Shown here piece after piece: positions 44,057-58,853 of a stretch of 64,000 nucleotides of DNA. Origin of the DNA: Octopus vulgaris (taxonomy: Eukaryota); NCBI GenBank assembly GCA_951406725.2, contig OX597816.1, forward strand, positions 89,404,001 through 89,468,000, given 5' to 3'. Position 1 is the stretch's first letter, and the number at the start of each line of letters is the position of its first letter. The position numbers and the translations under genes are program-made. Under the pieces are notes generated by a model. It was not told where the DNA came from. It saw nothing but the letters and a program-made list of their open reading frames with translations, and searched no databases.

Positions 44057-45955
44057 ATACACACACACGCGCGCGCGCATATATATATATATATATATTG
44101 AAAATTCTTCATATTTCAGAGATTTTAGATGCTACTGTGTATTATGATCAATGTAAATTTTATACAACTCACTCTGCTCATTATAAAAACATAGATAACT
44201 TTTCATATTTGATGTATAAACTTAATCTGTGTATGTACGTATGTATGCATGTACGTACGTATGAACATATGTATCTCTGCATGTATGTACGTATGTATAT
44301 ATATACGTACGTATCTATGCATGTATGTATGCATGTCCCTATGTAAGTATGTATATATGTTTCTAGTTTTAGGCTACAATTTTTCACCAACGTAATTGAA
44401 ATTTGCAACTGGGGCATATCTTGTCAAGGAGGCTATTATAGGTTGTGTTATCTTTTTTTTACTGATACTTTCTATAAACCCTAACAAAGTTGGGTACTGC
44501 TTCTATATGATATTTATATTTATATTACTTATATTTCAAACTTTCTTGGTTATGTGGATTTTTCATCATGCCATTACTATGTCGTGTTGCGCTATTTCCT
44601 GGCTTTTCATGTCGAACTTAATCGGTACCACACTGAACTTCCCACAGTCTCCCAGAAAATCAGTCATCTTTTGTGTCTTCTGTATAAGGTCTGAATCGAT
44701 ATACCGATATTCTTACTCAACTTCATTGGTGATTCACTTTGTGTCTAAATTCAAGAGAATAATGAATAAAAACGTGATGGAAGTAACACGACTGTCATGC
44801 TAAATTACTCATTTGTCTATGATACCTATTTCTATAAAGTTCTATACTCGACAACATGGTGTGGACATGCCGACTTTGAATCTCTTAAAAGCAAAATGAC
44901 TCAGCCACTATTTATGCCAAGAAACACCAAAGCATCACACAATTAAACATGGATGGAATTCAGTTCGAAAACCCATAGTTATTCTAAATGATGTGCCTTT
45001 CTATCACCAACGATCTCTTCTGACGAAGACATATTCTCAGCATAGTTAATACTGCATACCAAATACTAGACCTTCTCTTGAGGGCCAGAAAATATTTCAA
45101 CTACCTAACAGCTGCTGACACTCTATTAGACTCAAATGGCCCACTGCTCCCACTTTTATTTAATGTGGCGCTACTACCATGCGCAAACATCCTGCTCTGC
45201 ATCAAGAGAAGAATCACTTGACTAATTGGTATTCAATCCCATAGGAACACGTTCCAAGCTCCAGCCCACAAGCGTGCAGGCTCCTGTCTCCGTTTTATTA
45301 TATCGCTACTATAATTGCCTCTGCTCTTCGAAGCTAGGAATAATCACCACCATTCGACAATCCCTCACGTCATTATGGTTACGTCCAACTCCAGCGTCTC
45401 CACACTAATCTTTATACTCAATCCATTTTCCACCAATAACATTGGTTCTCTGGAGTCTATGGAATTTTCCTCTTGCTTTTGTCTATCTTGCAGGTGCCGA
45501 TCTACAATAGTTTAAATGAGTTTTAAAAGCACTAAACAAACTGGTCGGAAGGACCAACAAGGATCATGGGAAATGTCCCTTTCTCTTGATTCAGCAAGTA
45601 AGGCTAAATATAATATCAAGTTACAGTGACATAACATGCCACCTTGTGTCATATAATGAACCAGCTCGTGAAGTGGTCTTTCTGCTGAAAGCATTGGAAC
45701 AAAACCTTCGGTCTCCTCTCTGCCAGCGTTTTTCTTACTGACGTTATCCTACAGATATTTTGCTTGAACCTCAGTCGTACCAATATCACCATTGTGAGAG
45801 AACCAATACAGGTCATGTATATTGTTCTTGTCCTTTTGACCAACTTGTACAAAGAATGTAAACCATCCCAGGAAAGACTGAGTTACATCCTAAATTTCAC
45901 TCCTAAGCTATTAGCGTGGTTCCGGATGTACATATTAATATGATAGCTAGATAGG

Positions 45956-46017
<62 letters not shown>

Positions 46018-46051
46018 CATACATACATACATACATACATACATACATACA

Positions 46052-46082
<31 letters not shown>

Positions 46083-46779
46083 GACCTTTTCAAATTTATC
46101 TTCGAATTTCGCTAATGTCACCTTTGCTTTCCATCGTTCCGAAGTCGGTAAAATATAAAAAATAAACGCAATCAAGTACTGTGATAGATTTAATCGACTA
46201 TGCCCTCCTACAACAAAATGTGTGATCATGTATTGATTTTAGAATTAGATATTTAGTTATACGCCTTTAACGTTAAAAATTCAAGCCCTGCAGGGGTCAA
46301 CTTTTCACCACCACCTTCTCTCTCTTCCCTCTCCCCTCTCTCTTTCCTCTTTCTCTTTCCTCCCTCTACCCCGTCACTCGCTCGCACTCTTCTCCACACT
46401 CTCCTCTCTTTCTCCGTCTTTCTTTTTTCTTTCCCCTCCGTCTTTCCTCCTCCATCTGCCTCCGTCTCTCTCTCTCTCTCTCCCCTCTTCCTTTATCCAA
46501 TACACAAAGAGCACATATATAGATGATACTATACACACACTGGCACATGATAATCACAAAAACCACAAGTACGTAAATGCTGACATATAATCACACAAGC
46601 TAGGTTTTACCTCATTTGTTTAAGCTGCACCTTAATCATCGTTCATTATTTTCTTACTTAAATATTTTAAGTCATTGTTGGAGTGATTGAAATGATTATA
46701 TATTTACAGCCCTTTCTGTATTTCAATCCCTATTCACTCTGACTCTGATTGTAAATCAATATAATAAAGCGGTCGTATC

Positions 46780-47240
46780 CAAGATTCGTCTTAACACTGC
46801 ACCAGGAATCTCTGTTTTCCATTAGCTTTGTAGGTCCTGAATTCTGTTTCATGTCTTTGTCAATAAATGCATTGCAGTAGTCATCGTCCTTTATTAAAGT
46901 GTTTAAGTCTCCAAAATATAAAATTTTACATAGCTTATTGTTCGACATAAAACTTCTCATTGATCTTGTGCTTACGCCATGAGACATCATGAGAAACCTG
47001 CGGAAAGTATCATCAAAGCGAACTTGAAGGTTCTTTTTCAACGTTCAGATTTCTGATCCATAGAGGAGGATACGATTTACACATGCCCTGAAGAATGTCA
47101 GGCTTGTTGACTGGTAATTTGTTACAGGCTGTCCAGAATAATTGCATGAACGTTAGAAAGTCTTGCTTTGTGTTAATAACATAAGACTCAAGTTATTTGA
47201 AATTACTGATCTCCTTTAGTTATATACCAGTGTAGAAACA
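46780..47240 (-). mobile_element. RTE-clade LINE 3' fragment, decayed
   Basis: Frameshifted remnants FFRACVNRILLYGSE and FDDTFRRFLM...LYFGDL resemble the RTE RT C-terminal region. Confidence 0.65.
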
Positions 47241-50200
47241 AATTTGCAATTGGCTTTGCAGTATTCTGAAAGCTAATATGGTAACAGTGATTTTTAAGTC
47301 ACAAAGTAAGAAATTATTGTTGTGGGAGGGCAGTCGAAAATATTGTCTTCAATACATGTTTACAGCATATATGATCGATCCAGAAAGAATGAAAAGCAAA
47401 GTTGACTTTTACAGAATCTTTTAAATTCGGAACGTAAATAGTTATTACTAAACACAGCATGATGTATTTTTCTGACATTCCGGTGATTCTGCTAATCTGC
47501 TACAAAATCATTCATTCCACAATAATTTCCTCTTTCTATTCCCCCACTCTTGTTCCCCATCTCCCTCTTCATACTCCTCAGCAAAATTGACAATGTGCTT
47601 TGTCAAAGAGAAAATAGTTGAATCCTCTAGTATTGAGCAGCTAAAGTTAGGGTTATGATGATGAGAGGAAGAGAAATAAGAGAATATCGGTAAGAGCTGT
47701 TGACAATCACAAAACCCTTTCATTTCTAAGAAGAAGCGGTATAATCAATTTAATCGATTATACTCCATATCAATATTGAACATTTCCTTGGATCCGGAAG
47801 GATGACACTGCACCTTGAATCTAATGGGATTTGAACTCAGAGCCCCAAAAATGATGCCGTTAGTAAATTCTGCTAGATATCTAACCCGAATCTGTATTAG
47901 CGAAACAGGTGAAACTAAGTTTTTAATTTATTCGGTAACTATGTATCACTAGCAAATATTCTATGCGTTCTGGCTACATGACTTTAGATGGATAAAAGCA
48001 TCGTCGTGCCGTTGAGAATCTCCTTTCCTTCGCAGCTAAAGAATTTTAGATTCATCCCCATTACTTGGCATTTTGAAAGTTTTCTTATATAGACAGGGGT
48101 CGATCAAAAACATGTGCATGAAATCTAGTCGACTGAAATTGAGTGCATCCTCGTAGAAGGGATAATTTTTTTTGTTTGTTTATTTGTTTTTGCTGGTTAG
48201 ACTTTAATATTTCACCCAGTATAGCACCGTTGTCTACCTCTTGAGTGCTTTGAGGGAAGCTTAATCTATTGCAAGCATTTGGGGAGCAAGGATTTATGCG
48301 TCTTTCAAATCACAGAAATGGGCGTGGATGTTGCTCTTCCTCCTATGATTAAACCATCAAACGCAAAACGTATATGACGTTGGGAGGTGCAACTGAACAT
48401 TTAAATATCAAGAACATATAAAGTGTAGTTTTGCGATGAGCTACCCTTGTAGTTTATTGAAGATGAGTCAGGATTTTTTTAAAGATCAAATTTAAACTGT
48501 ACAAACTAGGGCAACTGTCATCGAATGTATTATCTCCAGCACTCAAAACGAAAAAGAAAATAAAGATACGTTAAAACCGGCGATTTGCAAGGTGTACCAA
48601 CTTTCTATACTCTCGCTTTCAGATTATTTGTTGAAGACAAACTATCACGCGAAACAATAATATAACAGGCTAAAATATATTATATTTAATCTAGGTTTGT
48701 TCTTGTGAGTGCAAATGCTACTGAGGTCAAATTTGCCTTTCGTATTCCATTAAATTACATCTTCCTTTTAATCATGTAGCGTTATACCATTGAGGATATC
48801 ATTATTGAAGACCTGCAATATCCTGGAGTAACAGATATGGTCGTGCTACAGTTTTGTAGTATTCAGTTCCGAACTCTTGTGTTCTAAATTAGTACTCAGT
48901 CATTATCACATGTTATGAATTAATACTTAGAGCTGAGGTCATATTGCTGGTTATGGACTAATATTTTTGGTTTCAATCTACAACAAATTATTTGCCTTTC
49001 CCCAGTGTGAGAAATCATTGTTATTATCCATAATACAAGGTTCCTTTGATGTAACAGAAAGCATAGAGCACTGGCTGGACAAAATGCTTCGCGATATTTA
49101 GTTACCTCCCCTTATATCAAAAATTCAAAACCCACGTCGTTGACTTACAATAAGCATCAGTCAAATTTAGGCTCCGATGAAAACGTTTATTCTCCACTGC
49201 TCGAATTAATAGCATTGCTAGATTATAAGTCCATGCATATTATCCATGCCTCAAAGAACGTAAGGGAGAGACAGAAATCACATTGTGTTGGACTAACTGC
49301 TTTAGAGTATTTAGTTTCATCGATAAAATACTTAACAGACATTCGCCAATGTTGATTCAATCAATATATAGCCTGCCTTTGCAAATATGTTGTCTTGTGA
49401 TTAAGTATGCAATCACTCTTCTCCAGTATATGTAAACAATGCGCAAAGATAAATTTCTTTAGTAATTATGGGGAAAATCAATCAAAAGACTAGTAGGATC
49501 TTCAAAGATTTGCTTTCTAATCTTCTGATTTTCTTTAATTATTACCCTCACTCACTCCTAGTGTCTGCATTACAAGTGGATAATTTATGTCAGAAGCTAT
49601 GCATCAAATAAATTACGACAAAACGCGAGAACTATTTACTCAGCTGTGTTTTATAACTACTTAATCTGCAAGAAACAACGTGCCTACTAAATTAGTGAAG
49701 TATTTCTACTAAAGATTGGTTGCTTCCGTTTCTTGATAAACTCACAAAATCTTTTCTCTTCGACTTATTAGAAGCTGAGTTCCATCATGCAGTGGCGGAC
49801 GCGCTACAAATTATTGATGCGTTTAATATTTTAAAATACAGTAACATAGAAATAGAAATCAAATTTTCTGGAATTCTTTTTGTCACTTTCCAAAATTTTA
49901 TAGACGAGAGGTGAACGTTTGTTTTAAAGATTGCGAAGATTCCAGAATAACGGCAGCAAATATTGCAAGATTTATTTGCCTTCCTATTTTCAGAGAGAGA
50001 GAGATAGTTTGTGTGTGTATGTGTGTGTATGTGTGTGTATGTGTGTGTATGTGTGTGTGCGTGTGTGTGTGTACTTTAATCGAAGTACACGCACGCATCA
50101 CCAATCGTAAATTTCTTACGTGGTAGTCGATACCACCCTGCGATATTGGTGCTTATTCTCAATGGTATGAAGAATGTCTGTAAAATAGCATGGACCCAAT

Positions 50201-50592
50201 TGGAAATTGGAACTCGTTGGAAGCTTGTGTTTACTCAGATGTTACTCGAATGCAATCGAATGAGTTACATACGATTTACAATAACCACTTTCTCTGAACC
50301 AAGTACGAAACATAAAAACGTAAGATGAAAAGTGAGATGTCCAGACTGTTATATTTTTCTAAAAGTATCAGTATCAAAAGAGATTCGACTTCACCGGAGA
50401 CTTGCAATATATTGTGTAAGGTCTCAGCAGTTATTATAGCTTTATTACAATTTTAAACAGTTTACTTTTCATAGTTTACATACGATGGAGGTAACGAAAA
50501 AGAGGAGAAACATTGAAAACAAAGTTAAAAATGGAATATATCGGCTTGAATACAAACACACACACTCACACGCAAATATACACATATGCATG

Positions 50593-50641
<49 letters not shown>

Positions 50642-50811
50642 GCACACACATACATACGTACATACATATAAAATATCCTGTTGTTGTTGATGGTGAAATT
50701 CCTATGAAGGCGCCTTGGATCTAGGTTAGAAACCGGCTCATTCTCCATTGGCAAGAAATCCTGAAATAAACTCAATAATTGCATACATACATACATATGT
50801 ATATACATATG

Positions 50812-51345
50812 GAAACACAAATAGTGAGCGGTGTTGCAGAGGACACTGTCTTGGAACCACTGCTTTTCAAAGTGGCCCTCTCAGATATGCCCTCAACTGC
50901 CCAGATAGCCATCCTTGCTAGCTACACAGACGATACAAATGTCTCGCAGAAAATACAGAATCGCAGTGATGTTGTACATCAGCAGCAGGAGTTGGACTCA
51001 ATTTACTGATGGGTTGAGGATAATAATATGCAGTTTAATGTTGAAAAATTCCAAGCCTTGCGCTAACAGGGTCCAAAACTGAATATGAAATTTACAGGCT
51101 ACGCTGGTCCCAGGGATGTTCAATCCCAGTGAGGAACCTGGCTATCGACATGAGTGATGATACCTCTTTCCAAGTGCGACAAAGTGCAGACGACTGGCTG
51201 GATGGATCCTGAGAACATTCAGAACAAGAAGTAAGGAGACCATGATGGTCCTATGGAGGACATTTGTCCTCGGCCGCCTGGATTACTGCGCCCGGTTATG
51301 GTCACTCAACAATGTAAAATTAACTGCGGACCTTGAAACTACAGA
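50812..51345 (+). mobile_element. CR1/L2-group LINE RT fragment embedded in (ATAC)n
   Basis: SGVAEDTVLEPLLF...SYTDDT...LDSIY*WVEDNNMQFNVEKFQAL. Confidence 0.85.
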
Positions 51346-53024
51346 GAAAAAATACATATATACATACTTACGTACGTAAGTATATACATACATAAATATA
51401 TACATACATACATACATACATACATACATACATACATACATACATACATACATACATACATACATTTATACACACACTAGAAAGAAACTTCCAAAAAGGT
51501 TATTGGCATTCTGATAAAGAATTTACAACTATTTTAAAAGAATTTTTATTTTAATCTAAATATCTTTTTTATACTTAGTAAAATTGTATCAAGTAAATTT
51601 AATAAAGCCTTTTACATACATATACATATATATATACAAATTATTAAGGTGGCTATTCGCAATTTACAACCGAAAGGCACATGTATAATCGTCACTAAAA
51701 TTACTAAAGTGACTAATGTTGGTGCTCACATGCACCCTTAATCACACTAGTGACGATTGTATATATTTGTGTGTGTGCGTGTGTGTATGAATAATTTTAA
51801 AATATATCTCACTACATTCTAGTATTTTGAAGCAATCGCATAGCTCTTAATGTTTGCCTGTATAAAATTCGTCCAGCGTTTATATATTGATCTAATAAAC
51901 ATTCAAGATATGCTTTCAATGTACATGAGAAACATACGTATCCTAAAAGCTAGTATGACATAAACACTCCTTCTCGGACCATGAGATCTCGGGTTTCGTG
52001 CATGCGAGCATCTTCAGTGAATCAGAAAGGAATTAATGGACTGGAAAATCTCATTTTTTTTTTTCCTTCTTTTGCATTTGCAAGGTTCAAAAGTTTCAAA
52101 GCGTGTGATGTCACGTTGAAATATTTCCCTGTTTAGCAAACGTATACGAGCGTTAATACTGAATAAATTGAACCACACTTAATCGACATGATTAAAAAGG
52201 TGAGATATTGTCACCACCCACGACGCATTTCTAAACATCCTGAACAAATACCTGACACCTTTCAAATGATCTAACGTACACATACCTGCTCATAAAACAG
52301 AAAATGTTACATATGATATAATTACCGCTTTACACAAAAGATTCCTCTCTGCCAGTATCAATACAATATATAAGGAAATTAATAATGCAGGAACTCGAAG
52401 GTACTTGCCACTTGTTAACGATAGATAATCACTTATCAAACGTATTATTTCTACCCGATACTTGTTGGTTTCTCTTGGCCAAATACAAAATCTCTGATAA
52501 TTGCCTCGCTTTTCTTTCTTTAATATGTCTTTTACGTGTTGTGTGAATGATGTACAAGAGTTCTAAGTCCTCTGTATGAAAGGCACGTTTTTGTTAAGTA
52601 TGATGCTTGGTTTCATTTTATGCTATCTGGTGACGTTCGTACGAGATAGAGTGAATTCGGTTCGTGTTATTTCTTTGAAGCCAGATTTCTAATGTGATGG
52701 GTGTAGAGTTGAAAATGTTGTACATCCCCCGTTGAAAAATGGTTCACCTCTTTGCTGAAATCTGAAACTGATGCAGGAACAATAAGAGGAATTCACTAAT
52801 CGTTTTTGTTTCTACTGTAGAAAAGAGCTCATAAAGTTTTCGAATATCTTCAGAGGAGACCAGGTACCAAAACTTCCCTGTTTAACAAACTTTTGACGAA
52901 TCACTAGTTTACGGATCATGAAGAATTCAACACCCCTTTCTAAGCGGTGTAGGGTTAAACACAAAGACATACGCGCACCCACACATACATACATAAATAC
53001 ATACACACACACACATACACAGAC

Positions 53025-53111
<87 letters not shown>

Positions 53112-53159
53112 ATTGAAAAGATTTGTAGAGGTAACACATGAGTAAGTAGATATTTATGA

Positions 53160-54328
53160 AAAACAAGAATAAAAATGCTACTTTCTTAAAATTGGGTACA
53201 TTTTAATTTTCCTTTTACATGTACTAAAATATGTAAAGAGAAAAGAACTATTAAGAAAATTAAATTATACCCCACACGAGCTACCGAAAATGCCCAGCAA
53301 AACAGACACAAATATCATCTCTATAAATGAAGATATTCTAAAAGAACTGAAGAACATAACTCAAACCTAATAACGGTCATAAACAAGTTAAACTTAACAT
53401 CTCATCCATCTACACAAAACAATGAAGAAACCGAAACGAGAAAAACATCTACCGAAATATATGAGGACCTTGGAAATTTATGCGAATCAATTAAAACATA
53501 CTTTTCAAACATTTCAAAACAAGGACAACAAAACGAGGAATCACATGGGATAAAAACGTGGTACCACAATGGAGACAACGTCTTAGAAACAGAAAATTTG
53601 CGTTTTGGAAAATGATACAGAACCACAACAAAGCAGAGTATATCAGAAATGGCTTAACTCGACACCATTAATTATAACCCGCAAATTACAAATAAAACCT
53701 ATCCAGGAAGAACCAGAAGCACAAAGGAAACTTCGAGAAAGAATGACACTAGCAAAAATGAAGATGGAAACGGAACTACTGAAACTGAGGGCAGAAACGA
53801 ATGAAGAAAAAGTAAAAACCATAGACGAAGAAATCAACAAGGAACTCAACAAGCAAACACAAGGCCCCAACACAGATACAATGCTGAAATTATGGAAAGA
53901 GGAGTGTGAAAAAGAGGAACTAAAATCCCTCCAACGATGGGAAAAGAGAGTTAACTGGATTTCGACTTATGAAACCAACTTCAAAAACGAACACATTTCC
54001 AACAACCCCTTCCTAAAAATCAAGAAAAACAAAACCTCAATCTATCATGACTGAAGAACCAAGAAAACTGAACATACTTCCCTCCCGAGAAAGACATTTT
54101 GAACGTACCCCATACTACATAAATGTACCACGAAAGACCTACAGGGATACACCACACACTTTAGGAATTACAATCTACATAACCCAAGCCACATAAATGC
54201 ACCTCGAAACACCTACAGGGATACACCACCCAATTTTAGGAGCCACAATCTACATAACCCTACTAAAACAAACCAAACGAAGCCTATACTCTAGGAACCC
54301 ACTATGCAACCATAACAAACTACAAGCC

Positions 54329-54330
<2 letters not shown>
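53160..54330 (+). pseudogene. Frameshifted coiled-coil ORF relic, probably a transposon 5' ORF
   Basis: 149-aa charged helical ORF 53605-54054. Adjacent frames continue upstream (WRQRLRNRKFAFWKM). Strongly A-rich strand, bounded by microsatellites, no splice signals recognised. Confidence 0.55.
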
Positions 54331-54380
<50 letters not shown>

Positions 54381-54401
54381 GTATATATATGTGTGTGTGT
54401 G

Positions 54402-54439
<38 letters not shown>

Positions 54440-54440
<1 letters not shown>

Positions 54441-54833
54441 GCGCAGGAGTGGCTCTGTGGTAAGTAGCTTGCTAACCAGCCACATGGTTCCGGGTTCATT
54501 CCCACTGTAAGTGTTTTCTACAATAGTCTCGGGCCGACCAAAGCCTTGTGAGTGGATTTGGTAGACGGAAACTGAAAGAAGCCCGTCGTATATATGTATA
54601 TATATATGAATGTGTGTGTAAATGTGTGTGTATCTGTGTTTGTCCCCCAACATCGCTTGACAAACTATGATGGTGTGTTTACGTCCCCGTAACCACGCGG
54701 CTCGGCAAAAGAGACCGATAGAATAAGTACTAGGCTCCCAAAGAATAAGTCCTGGGTCGATTTGCTCGCCTAAAGACGGTGCTCCAGCATGACCGCAGTC
54801 AAATGACTGAAACAAGTAAAAGAGTAAAAGAGA
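54440..54833 (+). mobile_element. Near full-length tRNA-derived SINE, second family, with internal microsatellite
   Basis: ggcgcaggagtggctctgtggtaag (A box)...ggttcattccc (B box)...ggtgctccagcat...aagtaaaagagtaaaagag tail; near-identical organisation to 32595-32998. Confidence 0.9.
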
Positions 54834-55374
54834 AAATATGAGTGTATCTCTGAGTATTTCAGTAGGCGTGTATTCGTCGGCCTTTATGCCAATTATTATC
54901 TCCCTTCTTTCCCCGTTCCCTGCTGCTAACTATTCAATGCTTTATATTCTCTCAACAAATACTTTTATCTCACTGTTCTCCCCCACGTTCTCTCTACCCT
55001 TCCATATCTGTATCTAAACATATTTACCTTCGTTGGATTTATTTTTTACATTTATTTTACTGCGTGCCTATTTGTATGCCAAGTTTATCTGCAAATCTTC
55101 TCGTCTCCCTTTATCGCACCTTTCTTTAATAAACCATCATTACATTTTTCAATCTTACACTATGTTTTCTACTCTCTTCCGTTCCTAGATTATCAATCCT
55201 AAAATAATGTGCAATTACTTTTCAAAATTTGGTTCTCATTATGGAACAATCTAAATAAGGCAAAATCAATTTTCAAAGTGTGATACATTACATAAGTGAT
55301 TGTGTTTGTGTGTGTGTATGCATATATATATACATGTGTGTGTGCAAATATATATGCATATATATATATATGTG

Positions 55375-55429
<55 letters not shown>

Positions 55430-55576
55430 TAAGTAGTTGAATGAATTATCCTAGTATGGATAATTCGGTTAACCGATACCCGGGTAGCAAATTTGCGTCA
55501 GAAAGCACGGTTGAAGCTACATGCCAAGGGCAGAAATCACGTGCTTTCGTATGGAAATTTGTGTGTTTTTTTTACT

Positions 55577-55805
55577 ATAGATAAATGAAAGAATGGAGTC
55601 GAACGGCGATTTAACAAAATTCCTTTATTCTCGACATATGTTTCGAAGACTGCCTATTCCTAATTCCTTGTCTTTCCTGATGAGAAGACGGCATAATGCA
55701 CCCTTTATTCCTTCGGAATTAGGAATATTCAGTCTTCGAAACATATGTCGAGAATAAAGGAATTTTGTTAAATCGCCGTTCGACTCCATTCTTTCATTTA
55801 TCTAT
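55577..55805 (+). mobile_element. 229-bp inverted-repeat mini-element containing a hammerhead ribozyme
   Basis: Arms 55577-55667 and 55715-55805 (91 nt, 2 mismatches); the 47-nt spacer holds CTGATGA. Confidence 0.85.
55673..55760 (+). ncRNA. Type I hammerhead ribozyme, intact core
   Basis: tttc-CTGATGA(55677-83)-gaagac...gtcttc-GAAA(55738-41)-catatg-TC(55748-49)-gaga-ataaagg. Palindromic stem III acatatgt, GUC triplet. Confidence 0.8.
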
Positions 55806-55822
55806 CTATCTATCTATCTATA

Positions 55823-55869
<47 letters not shown>

Positions 55870-56035
55870 GCATACATATATGTACATATACATATAACTA
55901 CAGATGCATATATATGTATGTGTGTATATATGTATATACGCATACATATATGTATGCTTGCATGTGTGTGTGTGTATATATATATAAATATGTGTGTGTA
56001 TGTACATTTATACAGACAGATGGATAGTAGATAGC

Positions 56036-56130
<95 letters not shown>

Positions 56131-57476
56131 TTATACATATACAGTTTCCTGTGTATTGTTTGTTTTTCTTTGCTAAGGTAAAGCTTAGTTTCTGCCTTTC
56201 CTGAATATATACATCGGGCAGTGAGTCTAGAATATTAATGGAACAGGGCGGAGTCTTATTTCAGCATTTTTGATATTTCATTGTACATTATTAGAGCAAA
56301 TAATTACAATATGATAGTGTCTATATTTTGTTTTCATTTAGTTTGCCCTCCGTTTAACTTTAAGTCAAAAGATAACTGTGTAGACAAAGCCTATCACAAG
56401 AAGTATTGAATACAAGGTGACACATTGAATACAATGGTTTGTAATAGTGCTAAATAGCCAGCAATTTTAAGATACTCTCGACCCCAGTACTTTAGTAGTA
56501 CTAATTTTATATACTCCGAAATGAGAATATGCAAATTAATCAAAAATTCAGAATGCCGTAGGATATTTCTTCCAACGTTCTAACGAGTCTACCAGCTTGA
56601 AATGCATATAAATGGAATATGCTATCTGTGAATAGGGATTGCAACAAACAACTCTGAACAGGAAAATAAATGGGACCAAACGCAGGCTGATGACGCATTG
56701 TTGCTTTTGTCAAAATCATTTATTTGAGGAGTGACCCTATGGTGCCGCCGGACCTTTTAGGAATACCAGTGAAATATCTCTCAAACTTACCCGAAAAGTC
56801 TTTTAACGAGGGATCTCACATACAATAAACGTTGTCCTAGGTTCCTTTATAAATACGGTATATTCATACCTGGAAAATCTTCAATAGAATGCTTGCTCAG
56901 TAAGGGTTAACATAGAGCTAATATATTTGTGTGCATGCATGCATGTATGTATGTATGTATGTATGTATGCATGTATGCATATCAGTAAACTACTGAACTG
57001 CATTATGTTATATTTCCATCGACTTGTTTTCATTTATTTATTTATCACAATACGGATCGTTTTTTTCTTTTATTCTGTTCGTATATTTGTCCATAATCCT
57101 ACTTGGAAAAGACTTGTTCATTCCTTAGAAGATTAACTGAAGTACTTCAACAAAATGCCTACGACAACAAAAATAATACAGAATATAGAAAATAAAAGAA
57201 GACGAGTAGAAGATGATAGATGACACAAGACACATGTTTATGGTGACCTCCTCGTGAGGAGCTTTCTATGCTGTGATTTATTGCTTCTTTGCTACTTAAT
57301 TGCATTGGCTCCAATCACTTGTTTAAAGTGCTTTGTGAAGTAGAGTTATCTACCAAATATCAAGAGGAAGGTTTTTGAGTGTTTCTTTATAAACGAGAAA
57401 TATGTGCACACATTCGTTTATATTCACAAAAAGACACACAGTCACACACAAATACATACATACACATATGTATGTA

Positions 57477-57515
<39 letters not shown>

Positions 57516-57537
57516 TAACGTATGCGTTTACAATACG

Positions 57538-57576
<39 letters not shown>

Positions 57577-58261
57577 ATTGTAAACGCATACATTAGTATA
57601 TCTATGTGCATACCTCTTTATTGAAACACGTGTAATTACATAGACACACTTAAATGCAGGTATAAATACATCATTAAACAAACACTTGCATGTGACAGTA
57701 AATAAAAGTGTACATATTAATTAATGTGTGAATAAATATGTAGTACAGGAATGACAATACTGAAGCAATCCATCAGCATTAAGGGGGAATGCTTCTATTA
57801 AGTAAATTGGGGAGCGAATACCAACCTACTATCCTTTTCGGTACCTTTCCTCATCTATCATTATATGTGTGCGTATCTAAACATGCATGTGTGACTGTGG
57901 CAAGGAGATAGGATGGTCGAGTGGGTAAAATGTTCGCTTTGCAACAACTCTGTCCTAGGTTCGATACCATGGTGTAACTTTTTAGGCGAATATAATTTTA
58001 CTCACATGGTACGGGTCAAACCATACCATGCAAGTAAAAGCCAATCGGGTGGGCTTTACCCAATTCAAAAGATAAAGATGTATCACACACTGTAACATAC
58101 TGAGAAATATATTAAAGTTATACGTCTGGGGAATTATCAGCCACTTATATGTTAATTGAGGGACAGGTAAATCAGTTGATAGAGCAATAGAATCCACCGT
58201 GTCATACGAAGATTCACCTCACGCACGCACACACATACACACATTTTTCCATATATGTATG

Positions 58262-58475
58262 CAGCACTGGATTAACCATTTAGTAAAATTAGCATGTGCT
58301 TAGAGCATCAAGTAAAGGGGGCCACCACAGAAATGGTAAATGGTTTACAGTACAAAAGTAATCACTTTGAACTTCCTAAAGTAATATTCAGTATACCTTA
58401 TCTCTACTAAATATAGCAGCAGACGTGTTAAGTAAAATTAATTTTGAAGGCCTGATCAAAAGTTTTGCAATTTTG
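58262..58475 (+). mobile_element. Possible hAT-like DNA transposon end, interrupted by (TA)n and the PLE
   Basis: cagcactggattaaccatttag...catgtgcttagagcatc...gggggcc resembles CAGGGCCGGATTAA-type hAT termini. Confidence 0.4.
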
Positions 58476-58853
58476 TATATATATATATATATATATATTG
58501 ATAAAACGGTAAGATAACAAAAGAAAGAAAGAGACCTCAATATTATGTAAATAGAGGAAATTTATCTATACAATATGTTACATTACTCGGTAGTCAAGAT
58601 AAAACTCTGAGTTTCAGATGCCGAAGTGGAAATCCACAACACCATCTCTTCGGTTATCTGGCTATTTGAAAACGTTATGAAAAAATACCGTTAAAAATGA
58701 AGGGAAATTACTCTGTTATAACTCTGCTTTGCCTGCGTACTTATACATCGCTCGCATTTTTCGTCATAAAAACTATATAAAAATACATAAAAATATATAA
58801 AAATATATGAAAATATATAAAATCTTCTTGGGACATAACACAGAATGCATGTT

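Noticed and set aside
52820-52860. Minus-strand ctgaagatattcgaaa as a hammerhead
   Set aside because: No stem II, stem III or stem I can form.
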